Shown piece after piece: positions 52,001-64,000 of a stretch of 64,000 nucleotides of DNA. Origin of the DNA: Balanoglossus misakiensis (Eukaryota; Animalia; Hemichordata). The stretch lies in NCBI GenBank assembly GCA_040954595.2, contig CM082595.2:9475918-9539917 (forward strand). The letters run 5' to 3'. The notes beneath the pieces are model-generated. The model was given only the letters and a program-made list of their open reading frames with translations. It made no database searches and was not told the DNA's origin. The first letter of the stretch is position 1. Every line of letters begins with the position of its first letter. A program made the position numbers and the translations under genes.

Positions 52001-53935
52001 TTATGGCCCCATACCTCCAAACGCCAAGGTTGTATCTGCTGTGGATGTCGAGATATGCAAAAGTAGGTCAAAGGTCACCCGAGGTCACCCAACATTTGGG
52101 CAAAATATTTTGACCCCATACTGGTCCATGTATAACAAAAACAAAACCTCTAGGTGTATTGGTTCATCATTAATTAGGTATGCGCATATTTAATGAGGTC
52201 ACCAGAGGTCAAAGGGGTAATGAAAAGTAGCAACATTTTTTGATCACATACAAATCCACATACATCAAAAACCAAACTTATAGCCCTATTGGTAAGCCTG
52301 GAATTAGATATGCAGAAAAATGATGCGTCAAAAGTAGGTCAAAGGTCATTGCCAAAATTACCAAAATATTTATAGCTTATTCTTGTCATATGATGATTCA
52401 TATCCATAAAAAGAATTTCTGTGCTATCAATTTTTAGGCTAGAAAAGGAATTTTTACTTTTTAATCGTTTTTCACAAAATCCAATATGGCCGCCATAATC
52501 TTCGACCAATCACATTCCCCTTCGCAAACTTGATAGACACCTGTTTAATGACCACACACACCAAATCTTGTGACTCGGTTATCGCCCGTTCTTGAGAAGA
52601 AGATTTTTGAAGTTTTACTATGGTTTTTCGAAAATCCAATATGGCCGCCATAATCTTCGACCAATCACAATGATCTTCGCAAACTTGATAGACATCAGTT
52701 AGGTGACCACATACCCCAAACCGCGTGACTCAGTTATCACCGGTTCTGGAGAAGAAGATTTTTGAAATTTAAGCCAGATTTCAGAAAAAAAATTGTAGCA
52801 AAAAAACTGCAACATTTACAGCAAAATATCCAATTACAAAAATGATGGGTAGAAGGTAGACTACCTGCACACCAAATTTGAAGTCGATCTGACTTGTAGT
52901 TTCGGAGATCTGAGATTTGCATTTTTTCAGAAAATCCAATATGGCCGCCAGGTCACGTGACTAATTAAAAATTCACAGGTTCAATGCACGACTACTCATT
53001 GACCTTGACCACTGTAGCAAGTTTCAGAAGTGTACCTGCAGCGGTGTCTGAGATCTAGAGCGACAAAGAATTGACACAAGAATAAAGAAAGAAAGAAGAA
53101 AGAAAAACCCCAACGAAACCAATAGGGCCCAAGCGCTGGTATGCGCTTGGGCCCTAAAAAACCCCAACGAAACCAATAGGGCCCAAGCGCTTGCTTGCGC
53201 TTGGGCCCTAATTAAAGCTGCGAGCAGCATTGTTGGGCCCAAGCGCTGATTTTGAATTATATATGCACAGTATGAATGAGAAGAAACAGAATTTTCTATC
53301 GGATGTATTATCTCATGACATAACAAGGATGTGTGTATTTTTGCTGCTGAAATAGGGTGAAGTAGGTCAAAGGTCACCTGAGGTCACGCAACATTTGGGC
53401 AATTTTTTTTTACCCATACTGGTCCATGTCCAACAAAAACCAAAACTCTAGCTCTATTGGTTCGCTTGTAATTAGGTATGTGTATAATTAATGAGGTCAG
53501 CAGAGGTCAAAGGGGTCATGAAAAGTAGCAAAATATTTTGATCACACACTAATCCACATTCATCAAAAACCAAACCTCTAGCCCTATAGGTTAGCCTGGA
53601 ATTAGACATGCAGAATAATAATGTGTGATAATTAGGTCAAAGGTCATGTGAAAAATCGCCAAAAAATTGTTATATATTTTAGTCACATGACGATTGATAT
53701 CCATAAAAGAATTTGTATGCTATCAATTTTTGGACTAGAAAAAGGAATTTCAATTTTTCTCTGTTTTTTACAAAATCCAATATGGCCGCCATAATCTTCG
53801 ACCAATCACAATGCTCTTTGCAAACTTGATAGACATCAGTGTAGTGACCATACTCCCCGAATCTTGCGACTCAGTCATCGCTCGTTCTGGAGAAGAAGAT
53901 TTTTGGAGTTTAACTATGGTTTTACAAAAAAACAA
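49026..53935 (+). mobile_element. head-to-tail array of 4 Helentron/HINE-like non-autonomous elements
   Basis: Units start ATTAAAG(C/T)TGC(A/G)AGCAGC at 49026, 50238, 51672 and 53211. Internal AGGTCAAAGGTCA and AATATGGCCGCC subrepeats, GAA/GAAA tails, and terminal hairpins matching the 5' GGGCCCAAGC. Confidence 0.75.
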
Positions 53936-55486
53936 TAAACCTGCTGTACCTCCGCATGTCTCCACAAGAGCTAGGAGCTCAAAATCGGTCGGACGCAGAC
54001 CAGCGGTCTGTCAGGTGTAGTAACCGTAACACCAATAAAGGTAGGTTTTCATTGATTCTAATAGGTCTCCGTTCATCAACATTTCAAATATTCTCCATAA
54101 TCCAGTAGTTGCCACTGTACTTGAATGAAATATTTCCTTTCAAACTTCCAAATGGTAACCGAATCTCAAATCGCAAATCTTTCCATTTTAATAACGAAGT
54201 CGGATGCCGAAATTACCAACTCACTTTTTCTATCGGACTCCATCATTCTAATACTTTACTTCAATGTTCAAAAATTGTGTAAAACAATATCCACTCTCAA
54301 TCTATATTTCAGGTTTAACGGCGTAATGGCATCCCCGGCCTTTGCTCTATCATAGAGGCAAATGGTATTATCTCTTCCAGTGGAAAAGTTGCGGAGCTGT
54401 ACGTATTCTCCCTTCTATAATCTGTTCAGCCACTTCGGATTTTCTTTCCAGAATTTAAGTTCCAGAACGTTGCCATCGTGCTGCATACAAGGCACGCTAA
54501 ACAGTTTCCCGTTGGCGGAATTCCGGATCTCGACATCCTCCATGACGCGCAATTTCACAGCCATGCCTTGGCTGGTTGCAGATGATGGAGCTAAGGTACG
54601 TAACAATCGCACCCCGAAACGCCTGGGCCCTTTTTTGTGTGTAGTCATTGTGGGTATGTTAACCTCCCATGTCCTTCATTTTTAGAAATTTAGTATACAA
54701 AACTGGATGACCGATTATGTTTTAGAGACCTTTCCCGAATCCACCTGAAGCCCAGTCGGAATGTCTTAGGATGTAACCTAAATTCAATATGGCTGCCTCC
54801 ATGCGTTCACTTGCATTTGAAAATACGTTGATTTTATCGTCGATTAGCGGTGTTTATTCTCAGTATCAATTTAAACGCGGCACTCGCTCACAAGTCATAT
54901 TCTAGAAAGAAAGAAAAAATGATAGTTTTGAGTACAGATTACATGTATTTTAAAACGAGGTTTGGTAACAATGGTATCACTACTAAATGACTTACAATCG
55001 ATGTTTTTAATTGTCTTTGCACCACAGTATGAATCCGGTGATGGTAAATCGCATTCAACTTAGAAGGCATGGAGAAAGCGCAACTGATGGTAACTGGGAT
55101 GCCAAACTGAAACTTTTGGGAGAGAAAACCTTGCCATGTACGGACGTGGGTGTCACAGTTAAACTTGGGTTAAATACTACAGCGACAACCGAAGTCCCGT
55201 TGAGATATGATATGTGGTAGTGCATGTCCACATGAGTGCCGTGTACTAGTCTCTCTCTCTGTAAATCCATCCAGGCTACTGCTTTCTGTACATTGGAGAG
55301 AAATGAGAACAAGATGGTTAAATCATATTTTGTATAAGTTGGTGTTGACGAAAATAAGATGCATGTGAATTGTAGGACTGAAATGTTTCTGTAATGAATA
55401 CTAAATTAAAAGTTCACAACTTGCATGCAGATAGTAAGTGCTGGGGAAGTTGCAGGGTGGAGATTGCTTTGGTTTAGTTAACTTAC

Positions 55487-55807
55487 TCAATCTTTGTGAC
55501 TGTTGCATTTCTTGATTGATAGAGTAGTGTACATGCATTGGCAGGTTTTCTAATATGGCCTCCTCTGTACCCAAGGTCTGGCATAAGGTGGGACACTGTA
55601 AGTATTTGCCGTCTGACACAGAAGATGCCACTTCTAGAAAAAAATAAAAAGGACAGCATGTGATTGGTAAGACACAGAGACGTGAACATGTACACAAAAT
55701 GATAGGAAATTGGTGGAAGCAAGTACTGCAGTTAATACTTACTCATCTATGTCTATTCCCTCAAATATCCCTTCTACCATATCATCACCATTTGGTTCTT
55801 TTAACAC
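55487..55807 (-). pseudogene. two spliced exon-like segments of an unknown gene (55807-55743, 55633-55487)
   Basis: AG acceptors and GTAAGT donors; in-frame join VLKEPNGDDMVEGIFEGIDIDESGIFCVRRQILTVSHLMPDL...; no similarity to the neighbouring gene's domains. Confidence 0.4.
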
Positions 55808-56995
55808 CTTAGGGAAAAATTGAGAGTTACATTAGAAGCACCGACAATAGGAGGGGGGGGGGGTAAGGTTTGCAGAGAACAGGTTTTTTTATGAACATTT
55901 GTGAAAATCAGAAATTAGTGACATGTAGGATTTCAATTTTATGATGTAACATTGTTTTCTTTTCAACATCAGTTCTCTGAGTAAAAAGATGGCCATGTAA
56001 ATTTTCTCTAAGTTTGTTAGAGAAATAAAGTACATGTACAACTTTAGTGTTTCACTAATTGAGTTTCAGTGTTCTTGTATTGTCTCCTTTGCCCCATGTC
56101 AACCTCAAAGTAAATATCAAATTTGCCATTTTTGACTTATTTGTCCTTGTAGTGGGCCACATAGCATTTTAGTGCAACTTATGAAAATCTGAAGAACCAA
56201 ATGCCTAATTTACCCACTCTGCACAGATTTATGTCAATGGTACTGACTTGATGATCGGTATAGCGCCCTCTGTGGTAGGGGGTGGGGGGTTAACCTTGCC
56301 TTTATATGTTTATCCCTGTCCAGTTCCATTCCAATTGTATCTATGGTAACCTCATTATCAGCAGTAAATGCCACAATTGTAAAACAGCAATAATTTTAGT
56401 ATCAAGCACTCTGTGGAATTAAATATACCCTGTGTATTCTTTGTTTCCCATTAGTAATCATGCAACTTTGCCATTTTGGGCCTTCTGATTTGCTGTATGT
56501 GCTCACTAGTCCTTCCCAACGTCTCTGAATTAGAAGGCCATTGTCATTTGTATAGTGTAGACACATTTCATTTTAGTACAACTGATGAAAGTCTCGTGAA
56601 AAACCAAATGCTTAATTTACCCACTGTGCAAAGATTATCTGAATGATATTGTGTTGATCGTCATATAGTATAGCGCCCTCTGCGATAGTATTTGGATGAT
56701 TGTGCCAGGGAGAAGGGGGTACTGAGGGAGCAGATGCAGATGACAGCAAGGCATATCCACTGAACAATGAGACGGTACCTGTTTTCAGCATTCAGGGAGA
56801 GTAAAAAGGGGAGCGCAAGAGACCAGGATGAAGAGACGAGCAGTATTGCATCATCTGTGGAAATAAATGCCAAGAGAAGGTAAATGTGGAAGACAAGCAC
56901 TTAGGGGTTATAAACAAATGTTTTTTTTGTGGACAGTTTTAGTATCAAGCATTGTGGAATTAAATATACACAGTGTGTGTTGTGTGTTAGATAGG

Positions 56996-56999
56996 TACA

Positions 57000-57033
<34 letters not shown>

Positions 57034-57216
57034 CATACATACATACATACATACATACATACATACATACATACATACATACATACATACATACATGCAT
57101 GCATGCATGCATGCATGCATGCATGCATACATGCATGCATGCATACATGCATGCATGCATGCATGCATACATACATACATACATACATACATACATACAT
57201 ACATACATACATACAT
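56996..57216. repeat. compound (CATA)n/(CATG)n microsatellite; inverted partner (TATG)n at 59058-59233
   Basis: Direct observation. Confidence 0.95.
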
Positions 57217-57250
57217 GGAAAACACACAGCAAATGGACTCCTTTTTTATC

Positions 57251-57323
57251 ATCCTCACCAGGAATCGAACCAGGATCCCTTATCACAAAGTGACAAGTGC
57301 GTTAACCATTACACCATGAGGAT
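57251..57323 (-). ncRNA. tRNA-like sequence (tRNA-Gln-like pseudogene or SINE head)
   Basis: A box TGGTGTAATGG, B box GGTTCGATTCC, acceptor stem ATCCTCA/TGAGGAT, oversized anticodon arm. Confidence 0.65.
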
Positions 57324-60300
57324 TGTTTTATCTCCACTAACTGCCAACACACTGTCCAATTGCACATTCACTCACTGACATATTCAACACACCAGTTTTT
57401 TTATTTCAATAAAAATTCACAAATGCATGTGAGAAATAACAGAGAGTCAGAAATTGGCATCCACAGGAGTTACTGCATTGCTATATGGTATTATAGAGCA
57501 GCCAATGCAGTCTAACACTTTTATTAGCTTATTAAAGGCAGAAAGTCTCTTTGCTGCCCTTTTTTAATAATTATGTGTGATACAAGAGACTGTTAATGTG
57601 GATATATAGTGAATCAACGTTCGACCACACACAGCTTCCATCCCGTTTGTAGGATATGACAGTAAAAACTCGCCCAAAATGAATAAATGGTAAAGACCAA
57701 TTATTCATTTTGGCAAGATTTTTCACTCTCGTGTCTACAAGCAGTGTGTGTTGTTGAATGTTGATTCACTATATATCCACATGTACATTAACATAAATGG
57801 TGTCTTGCATCAAACATAATTAATGGAAAAGGGTCCCTTTAATTTATATACTTATCAAATTGTAAGCTAACCAATATGGTTAGAAGTCCGATTTGCTTGG
57901 ACGTGAACCAATATGATCTATCAAAATTTTCTGGCAAAAGTTTGAGTAACTATAACTTGTGCTTTCACCTTTTTTCATCATGTTGCTTGGGCCCTGACAA
58001 TGCTGCTTTATAGCTACTACAGGATTAGATTACTTCCATTTGGCAGTAGCATATAAGTGTAATGGTGTAGAAAGTTTATCCTGTTTACTGAAAGAGGAAT
58101 TGCAAGAGAAACCATGTGTTATAAAAAAAAACTAGAAGATATTAAATAGCCTTAGTAAACATTTCCCAGAAACATTTCAATGAACAGTTACCATAATGTA
58201 CTTTACATTAGAGTCAGAGGTGACTAAAAGGCTAATATTGTCATTTGTGAAATGTACACAATTGTATTTATATTGTCGGTGAACTGTTTAGCTGTGTTGT
58301 CAGTTATGTTGAGCTTATTAGATTGGGTGATTGTCTTATTGGGTGAGTGGTGTCACTGTCTGTCACTTTTCTTTACTGAAACCACGGGGCCAATTACTTT
58401 GAAATTTAGTATGCAGGTTCCTAGGGTGAAGTTGGTAGAGTTTATGTAAATTGTGGTGAAATGTGTAATTTTTGATCAATTTTAGTTGTGTTTAGTTAAA
58501 TTCTTTGTACAATTACTTTGAAATTTAGTGTGTAGGTCCTTGGGGTTGATTTTACTGGAATTTGCTCAATTTGTGACAGAATGTGGAATATGTTATTTCG
58601 GAAGCAATTGCTTGTTTGGTCTTTTTTATTTCATAAACCAGATACTGTGATTGTTTTTCTGTTCTTTTTTGTATGTGTGTCTATTTTCACAATTGAAATA
58701 AATTAATATAAGGCTATATAAAATAAATTGGTGTTTTATGCTTTTTATTATTGATATTGTTTGTATGGTTGATATCAGATATCATATGTCTTATAGTGAG
58801 AAAGAAACCACTACACAATCCCTAGTAGTATTTGTGGTAATATATCTGTTTTGAGAATATAGCCCATTAGTATATTGTAGTCTTTGTACAACTTTTCTTC
58901 AAAATGTGTTATATGAACAAATAAAATATGGCAAGAAGATGAATTGTTTCGAAGAATGAATCATAATAAACAGTAGAATTTGGTCAATTTTTGTACAGGC
59001 ATAAAGAAATAGCTTGTACATGAGCTTGCACGACGGTATTTGGTCAATACAGGGCGCATGTATGTATGTATGTATGTATGTATGTATGTATGTATGTATG
59101 TAGGTATGTATGTATGTATGTATGTATGTATGTATGTATGTATGTATGCATGCATGCATGTATGTATGTATGTATGTATGTATGTATGTATGTATGTATG
59201 TATGTATGTATGTATGTATGTATGTATGTATGTACCTATCTAACACACAACACACACTGTGTATATTTGTTGGGCATTTTGGTTTTCTACCACATATCTC
59301 AGTAGTTTCCATGCCATAGTGACTCTTCAGTTTTACATAATGATATCCAATATAACCCAATCTACTATTAATGCGATTTTTTTTTTCATTTTGATTGTGG
59401 AAATGGTTAAAAATGAAAAACATCTGAATTTGTACTTTAATAAATATAAGCTATATAGTATTTTAAAATGGTCATAAATTTATGTTAACATGGCAAAACA
59501 TGTTTTAGTGTTTATGTATACTTGTTTAATATAGAGAAATAATTGTACAAATAAAATGACAACTTACTTTTGCTTTTTAAAATAATTAAAAATGGTAATG
59601 TTTCTTGAGATATACCAGGGTTTCTAGAATATAGAGGGCGCTGGCACGGGAACATTTGATGGTTGTCCCCAATACAACATTCTGGTATCATGTTTTATCA
59701 TCTGTGGACATTTGGCAGCGATATCCAACAGGATGTGCATAAAATCCCGAGAAGGTCTTCTCGTTGTATTGCTTCTTGAGATATTGAAACTGTCTTGAAT
59801 CCCAACGCGAATGTGATGGTGATGCGTATGTTGTTGCACGTAGTCACATCCGAAAACGAATCAAGTGCTCTTGTTGTTCAGCAGCTGAATATAGGTTAGT
59901 GGGATATGTGTATATTCTCGTGGTTATTTTTAATGAGTATAAATGACAGAATCGGTGGTTTGAACGTGTAAGAGTTGATGGTATTGGTTATGTAGTTGTG
60001 TTTTATCTAATGGTAGTGTGATTTTAATTGTGTATGAGGCGATGGCAGTTTTGTCAGGCTTTTTTTATTTTCGTGTCGAGCGACATCCAATATGGCGGTT
60101 GTCGTTATATACTGAAAGGGTTTCGTTTGTATGCATGTTTTGGCAAATTGTATATATGTTAAGATGGTGAAGTTTGCTTGAAGGAATAGAAACATCAGAG
60201 GCTGGGTACATCGGAGTTTCTATTTCATTCCATACAAGTTGAAATTAAGCTTATTTTTGGAGTGTATACAGGTACATATGATTATTTAGAAACGGTTTTA

Positions 60301-60811
60301 GGCAAGTGAATCTGCTGAATTCGGGCGATCGGTCTTGTATCGTGTGTATGAAACGTACAAGCAGTGGTAGGATATTATTTTGGGATGTGTACTTCAATAG
60401 TTTCCATGTCTCTTATATGTATTTGTCAAAAAATAAACAGTAGTAAAAATGGATTGTATTTTCCATTATTTTTTCTGTTAATATTGTATGTTTACATGAC
60501 CAAAAGCCTTAAGGTTTTCATTGGAATTTATATCAGGGTAATCAATTTGTTTATGATAATTATTTGCTTCAAATATGGAACAATCTGTGTGAGTACATAA
60601 CAGAAACATTGCTAGATAATTTGACATTTGAATTGTTCGTAAGAATGTGAGGACAAGCATAGAATTGGCCAAATTATGCTGGTGACCACTCTGTTTAGTG
60701 TGTATGCTTTCTAGTCGTGACAGGCATGTTAAAAACATAGACAATGAAATCTGGTTGGAGCATGAAAAGTAGAGTTGACTTGTTAACATATTTTGATGCC
60801 ATGAAACCATT

Positions 60812-62047
60812 TTGTGGACAGGACAATTTATGTGACCAAGAATTGATTTTCTGAATATCACAAGGTTGATAGTGAATTCATTGTAATTTGTTGTCCTGTT
60901 TAAGTAGTGGGGTTATTGTAAAAAAATCATCATTCGCTATCTTGTACTTGGAGTGATGTCATCTCGACATTGATACATTATGGCTATTGAGAGGTGTGTG
61001 TTATGCAGGCAAGTGTATATCTTGATGTACTTGTTTAAATACACAATTATACTTAATGATTTAATTTAAAAGTTTTGTTTATTTTCTTGACAGTTTTGGC
61101 TACCAAAGAGTTCTCAAGGTGAGTGTTGGTGTACATCAGTGCAAAGTATCATGTACAAACTAAGAGATCAACACACTCAAATGTGTATTGTGTCGTGTAC
61201 GAATTAGTTTCGTAAATCATTTGTAGATGACGTGTTTAGTTTTGTGGTAAGTGACACTGAGGTTTCAGATCGGATAGGATGATTGTCCAGTGCCATGCAT
61301 TGTGTGTTAACATGTGAAAGCACTAGCCTAATTTGTTTGAAATTTGGTATTCAGGGATGATGTAAGAAAAAATAATTTTAACAGTTCATAGAATCAGTGT
61401 TTATTAATACTTCAAAAAGGTATGTGACTTGTGGACAGGACAATTTATGTGACCAAGAATTGATTTTCTGAATATCACAAGGTTGATAGTGAATTCATTG
61501 TAATTTGTTGTCCTGTTTAAGTAGTGGGGTTATTGTAAAAAAATCATCATTCGCTATCTTGTACTTGGAGTGATGTCATCTCGACATTGATACATTATGG
61601 CTATTGAGAGGTGTGTGTTATGCAGGCAAGTGTATATCTTGATGTACTTGTTTAAATACACAATTATACTTAATGATTTAATTTAAAAGTTTTGTTTATT
61701 TTCTTGACAGTTTTGGCTACCAAAGAGTTCTCAAGGTGAGTGTTGGTGTACATCAGTGCAAAGTATCATGTACAAACTAAGAGATCAACACACTCAAATG
61801 TGTATTGTGTCGTGTACGAATTAGTTTCGTAAATCATTTGTAGATGACGTGTTTAGTTTTGTGGTAAGTGACACTGAGGTTTCAGATCGGATAGGATGAT
61901 TGTCCAGTGCCATGCATTGTGTGTTAACATGTGAAAGCACTAGCCTAATTTGTTTGAAATTTGGTATTCAGGGATGATGTAAGAAAAAATAATTTTAACA
62001 GTTCATAGAATCAGTGTTTATTAATACTTCAAAAAGGTATGTGACTT
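60812..62047. repeat. 617-bp tandem duplication
   Basis: gtggacagga at 60814 and 61431; gtgactt at 61424 and 62041; no differences noticed by eye. Confidence 0.95.
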
Positions 62048-62299
62048 GAATGTGTGCAGTACATCATTGTGCTATGTGGTGTTAACACCATTGAATAGTG
62101 CCATTACTTACAGCAATCTTACAGCAATGGCTTCAGTAAAACATTGAGTATGATTTGTGTGATTCCTGATACCCCTGTCTTGTCATTTGTGATGTTTTAC
62201 TGTGTACTTTTTGAAATAAAGAAACTGGTGTGTTAGTTGAATATGTCAGTGAGTGAATGTGCAATTGGACAGTGTGTTGGCAGTTAGTGGAGATAAAAA

Positions 62300-62372
62300 A
62301 TCCTCATGGTGTAATGGTTAACACACTTGTCACTTTGTGATAAGAGATCCAGGTTCGATTCCTGGTGGGGAT
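62300..62372 (+). ncRNA. tRNA-like sequence (mirror copy)
   Basis: ATCCTCA TG GTGT AATGGTTA ACAC A CTTGT CACTTTGTG ATAAG AGAT CCAGG TTCGATT CCTGG TGGGGAT. Confidence 0.65.
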
Positions 62373-63256
62373 GATGAAAAAAAGAGTCCATTAGCTGTGT
62401 GTTTGAGTATGAGTGTAATATATGTATGTACGTATTTATGCATGTATGTAGCCAGCAAACACACAAAACATATTGTGTATATTCAATTCCATACAGTGTT
62501 TGATAATAAATATGTTGCTGTTTTACAATTTGGCATTCACTGCTGATAATTAGGTTTCCATAGATACAAGCGGAATGCAATAGAAGAGGGATAACCATAT
62601 ACATGTATAGAAAAGGTAGGTTACCCCTTCCCCTATCATCCAAATACTACCACAGAGGGTGCTATACTATATGACCATCAACTGAGTATCATTCAAATAC
62701 TCTGTGCACAGTGGGTAAATACACATTTGTTTTTAGGAGACTTTCATCAGTTGCAGTAAAATACAACATGACTACACTATATACACCAATGAGAATGGCC
62801 ATGTAATTCAGAGAGTGCTTGATATTAAAACTGTATCATAGTTGTGGCCTTTACTGCTGATAATTAGTTTACCATAGATACAAGCCCAATGCAACAGGAC
62901 AGGGATAAACATATGCAAAGACAAGATTAAACCCCACCTCCATAATCAAAATACTACCGCAGAGGGCGCTATACTATATGACCATCAACTGAGTATCATT
63001 CAAATACTCTGTGCACAGTGGGTAAAGACACATTTGTTTTTTAGGAGACTTTCATCAGTTGCAGTAAAATACAACGTGACTACACTATATACACCAATGA
63101 GAATGGCCGTGTAATTCAGAGAGTGCTTGATATTAAAACTGTTTCATAGTTGTGGCCTTTACTGCTGATAATAGGTTACCATAGATACAAGCCCAATGCA
63201 ACAGGACAGGGATAAACATATGCAAAGGCAAGATTAAACCCCACCTCTGTAATCAA

Positions 63257-63590
63257 AATAATAATAATAATAATAATAATTTATTTGTATAGTGTCAGTA
63301 TCCACAAAAATGTGATCAATGACGCTTAAAGCAAAAGTACAATACAACAAATGGCTAAAAAACAGATTTAAAAAGTAAAGTTTTAACATTTGATTTAAAA
63401 ACAGATAAGTCTGGTGCCTGGCGAATGGTAAGTGGAAGATTATTCCAAAGAATTGGAGCAGCAACAGTAAAAGCACGATCACCATAACTTTTGGTGCGTG
63501 ATCGAACAAGGCAGAGTTTGAACTGATCAGCTGACCTTAAATTGCGACACGGAACATATAGATTAGTCATGCTAGAAAGATAGATTGCGC
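63257..63590 (-). mobile_element. 5'-truncated L2/CR1-type LINE 3' end
   Basis: YVPCRNLRS...TKSYGDRAFTVAAPILWNNLP...FKSNVKTLLF followed by a short UTR and a (TTA)n tail. Confidence 0.9.
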
Positions 63591-64000
63591 CAGTGGGGAT
63601 GCAAGCCCAATTATCGATGAGTCGGAATCACAACCAGACACTTGGAAGTTGAGAACAATAACCAGTTTAATCGATACACTTCGTCGATCGATATATAAAC
63701 ATACATAGAGCAATGGCGGTCCAGCGGGGAGAGAGAGGACCGAGCATGCGCAAAAGGAACAAAAGTATAAACTAGTAACTACGAGTGAGGGCGTGCTACC
63801 GAACGCACTCCAGCAACACTAATGGAATGGCGTAGCCACCTTCTCTTACATCCACTTCTCTTTCTGTCCATCGAGCAGGAAAAAAATTTGACACAGGAAA
63901 TGTGAGCATAAAATGCAAAGAAAAACATGAACATGCATGTTGACTGAGTCCTACAAAAGTCAAAAGCTGCAATGAAAGTGAGAACATGAAAGTCAATAAA

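Larger units (their letters stand above)
56130..63256. repeat. second foldback structure: 56130-57410 inverted vs 62210-63256
   Basis: 57220-57410 is the reverse complement of 62210-62405; ~307-bp tandem subunits at 62640/62948 are inverted relative to 56190-56700. Confidence 0.8.

Noticed and set aside
56787-56855. Exon-like segment with a good acceptor
   Set aside because: Joining it to the 55807 exon gives a stop; no supporting homology
57251-57323. Functional tRNA gene call
   Set aside because: Non-canonical anticodon arm, no oligo-T terminator, embedded in repeat arms; kept only as tRNA-like
56867-59423. Long ORFs of MYVC/HTYI repeats (also 23527-23778 and 9469-9826)
   Set aside because: Translations of tetranucleotide and dinucleotide microsatellites

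Overview
Eukaryotic, AT-rich, repeat-dense animal genomic DNA with spliceosomal introns; the repeat families and gene type suggest a marine invertebrate (inference only). From left to right: (1) 1-2625, the 5' half of a minus-strand Ty3/Gypsy LTR retrotransposon (LTR, tRNA-Leu PBS, frameshifted gag, open protease-RT running off the edge). (2) ~4.0-31.5 kb, a giant imperfect palindrome with ~10-11 kb arms around a ~6.3 kb spacer. Each arm contains further nested inverted repeats and arm-specific transposon insertions, and has an outward-facing promoter/first-exon-like block at its inner end. A broken secreted-pentraxin gene lies in the spacer. (3) 31.5-33.8 kb, an 86/82-bp satellite. (4) A solo LTR, LINE fragments and MITEs. 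(5) 39.7-48.8 kb, the 3' 15 exons of a minus-strand SVEP1-like type-I membrane protein gene (pentraxin/LamG, HYR, sushi, 4 ephrin-receptor-like Cys repeats, 2 EGF, TM, NPxY tail). Its frame is intact, but two invariant splice dinucleotides carry G>T changes. (6) 49-54 kb, a head-to-tail array of Helentron-like non-autonomous elements. (7) 54-63 kb, decayed unknown coding fragments, a second foldback structure with tRNA-like cloverleaves in both arms, and a 617-bp tandem duplication. All alignments were done by eye and no databases were searched.
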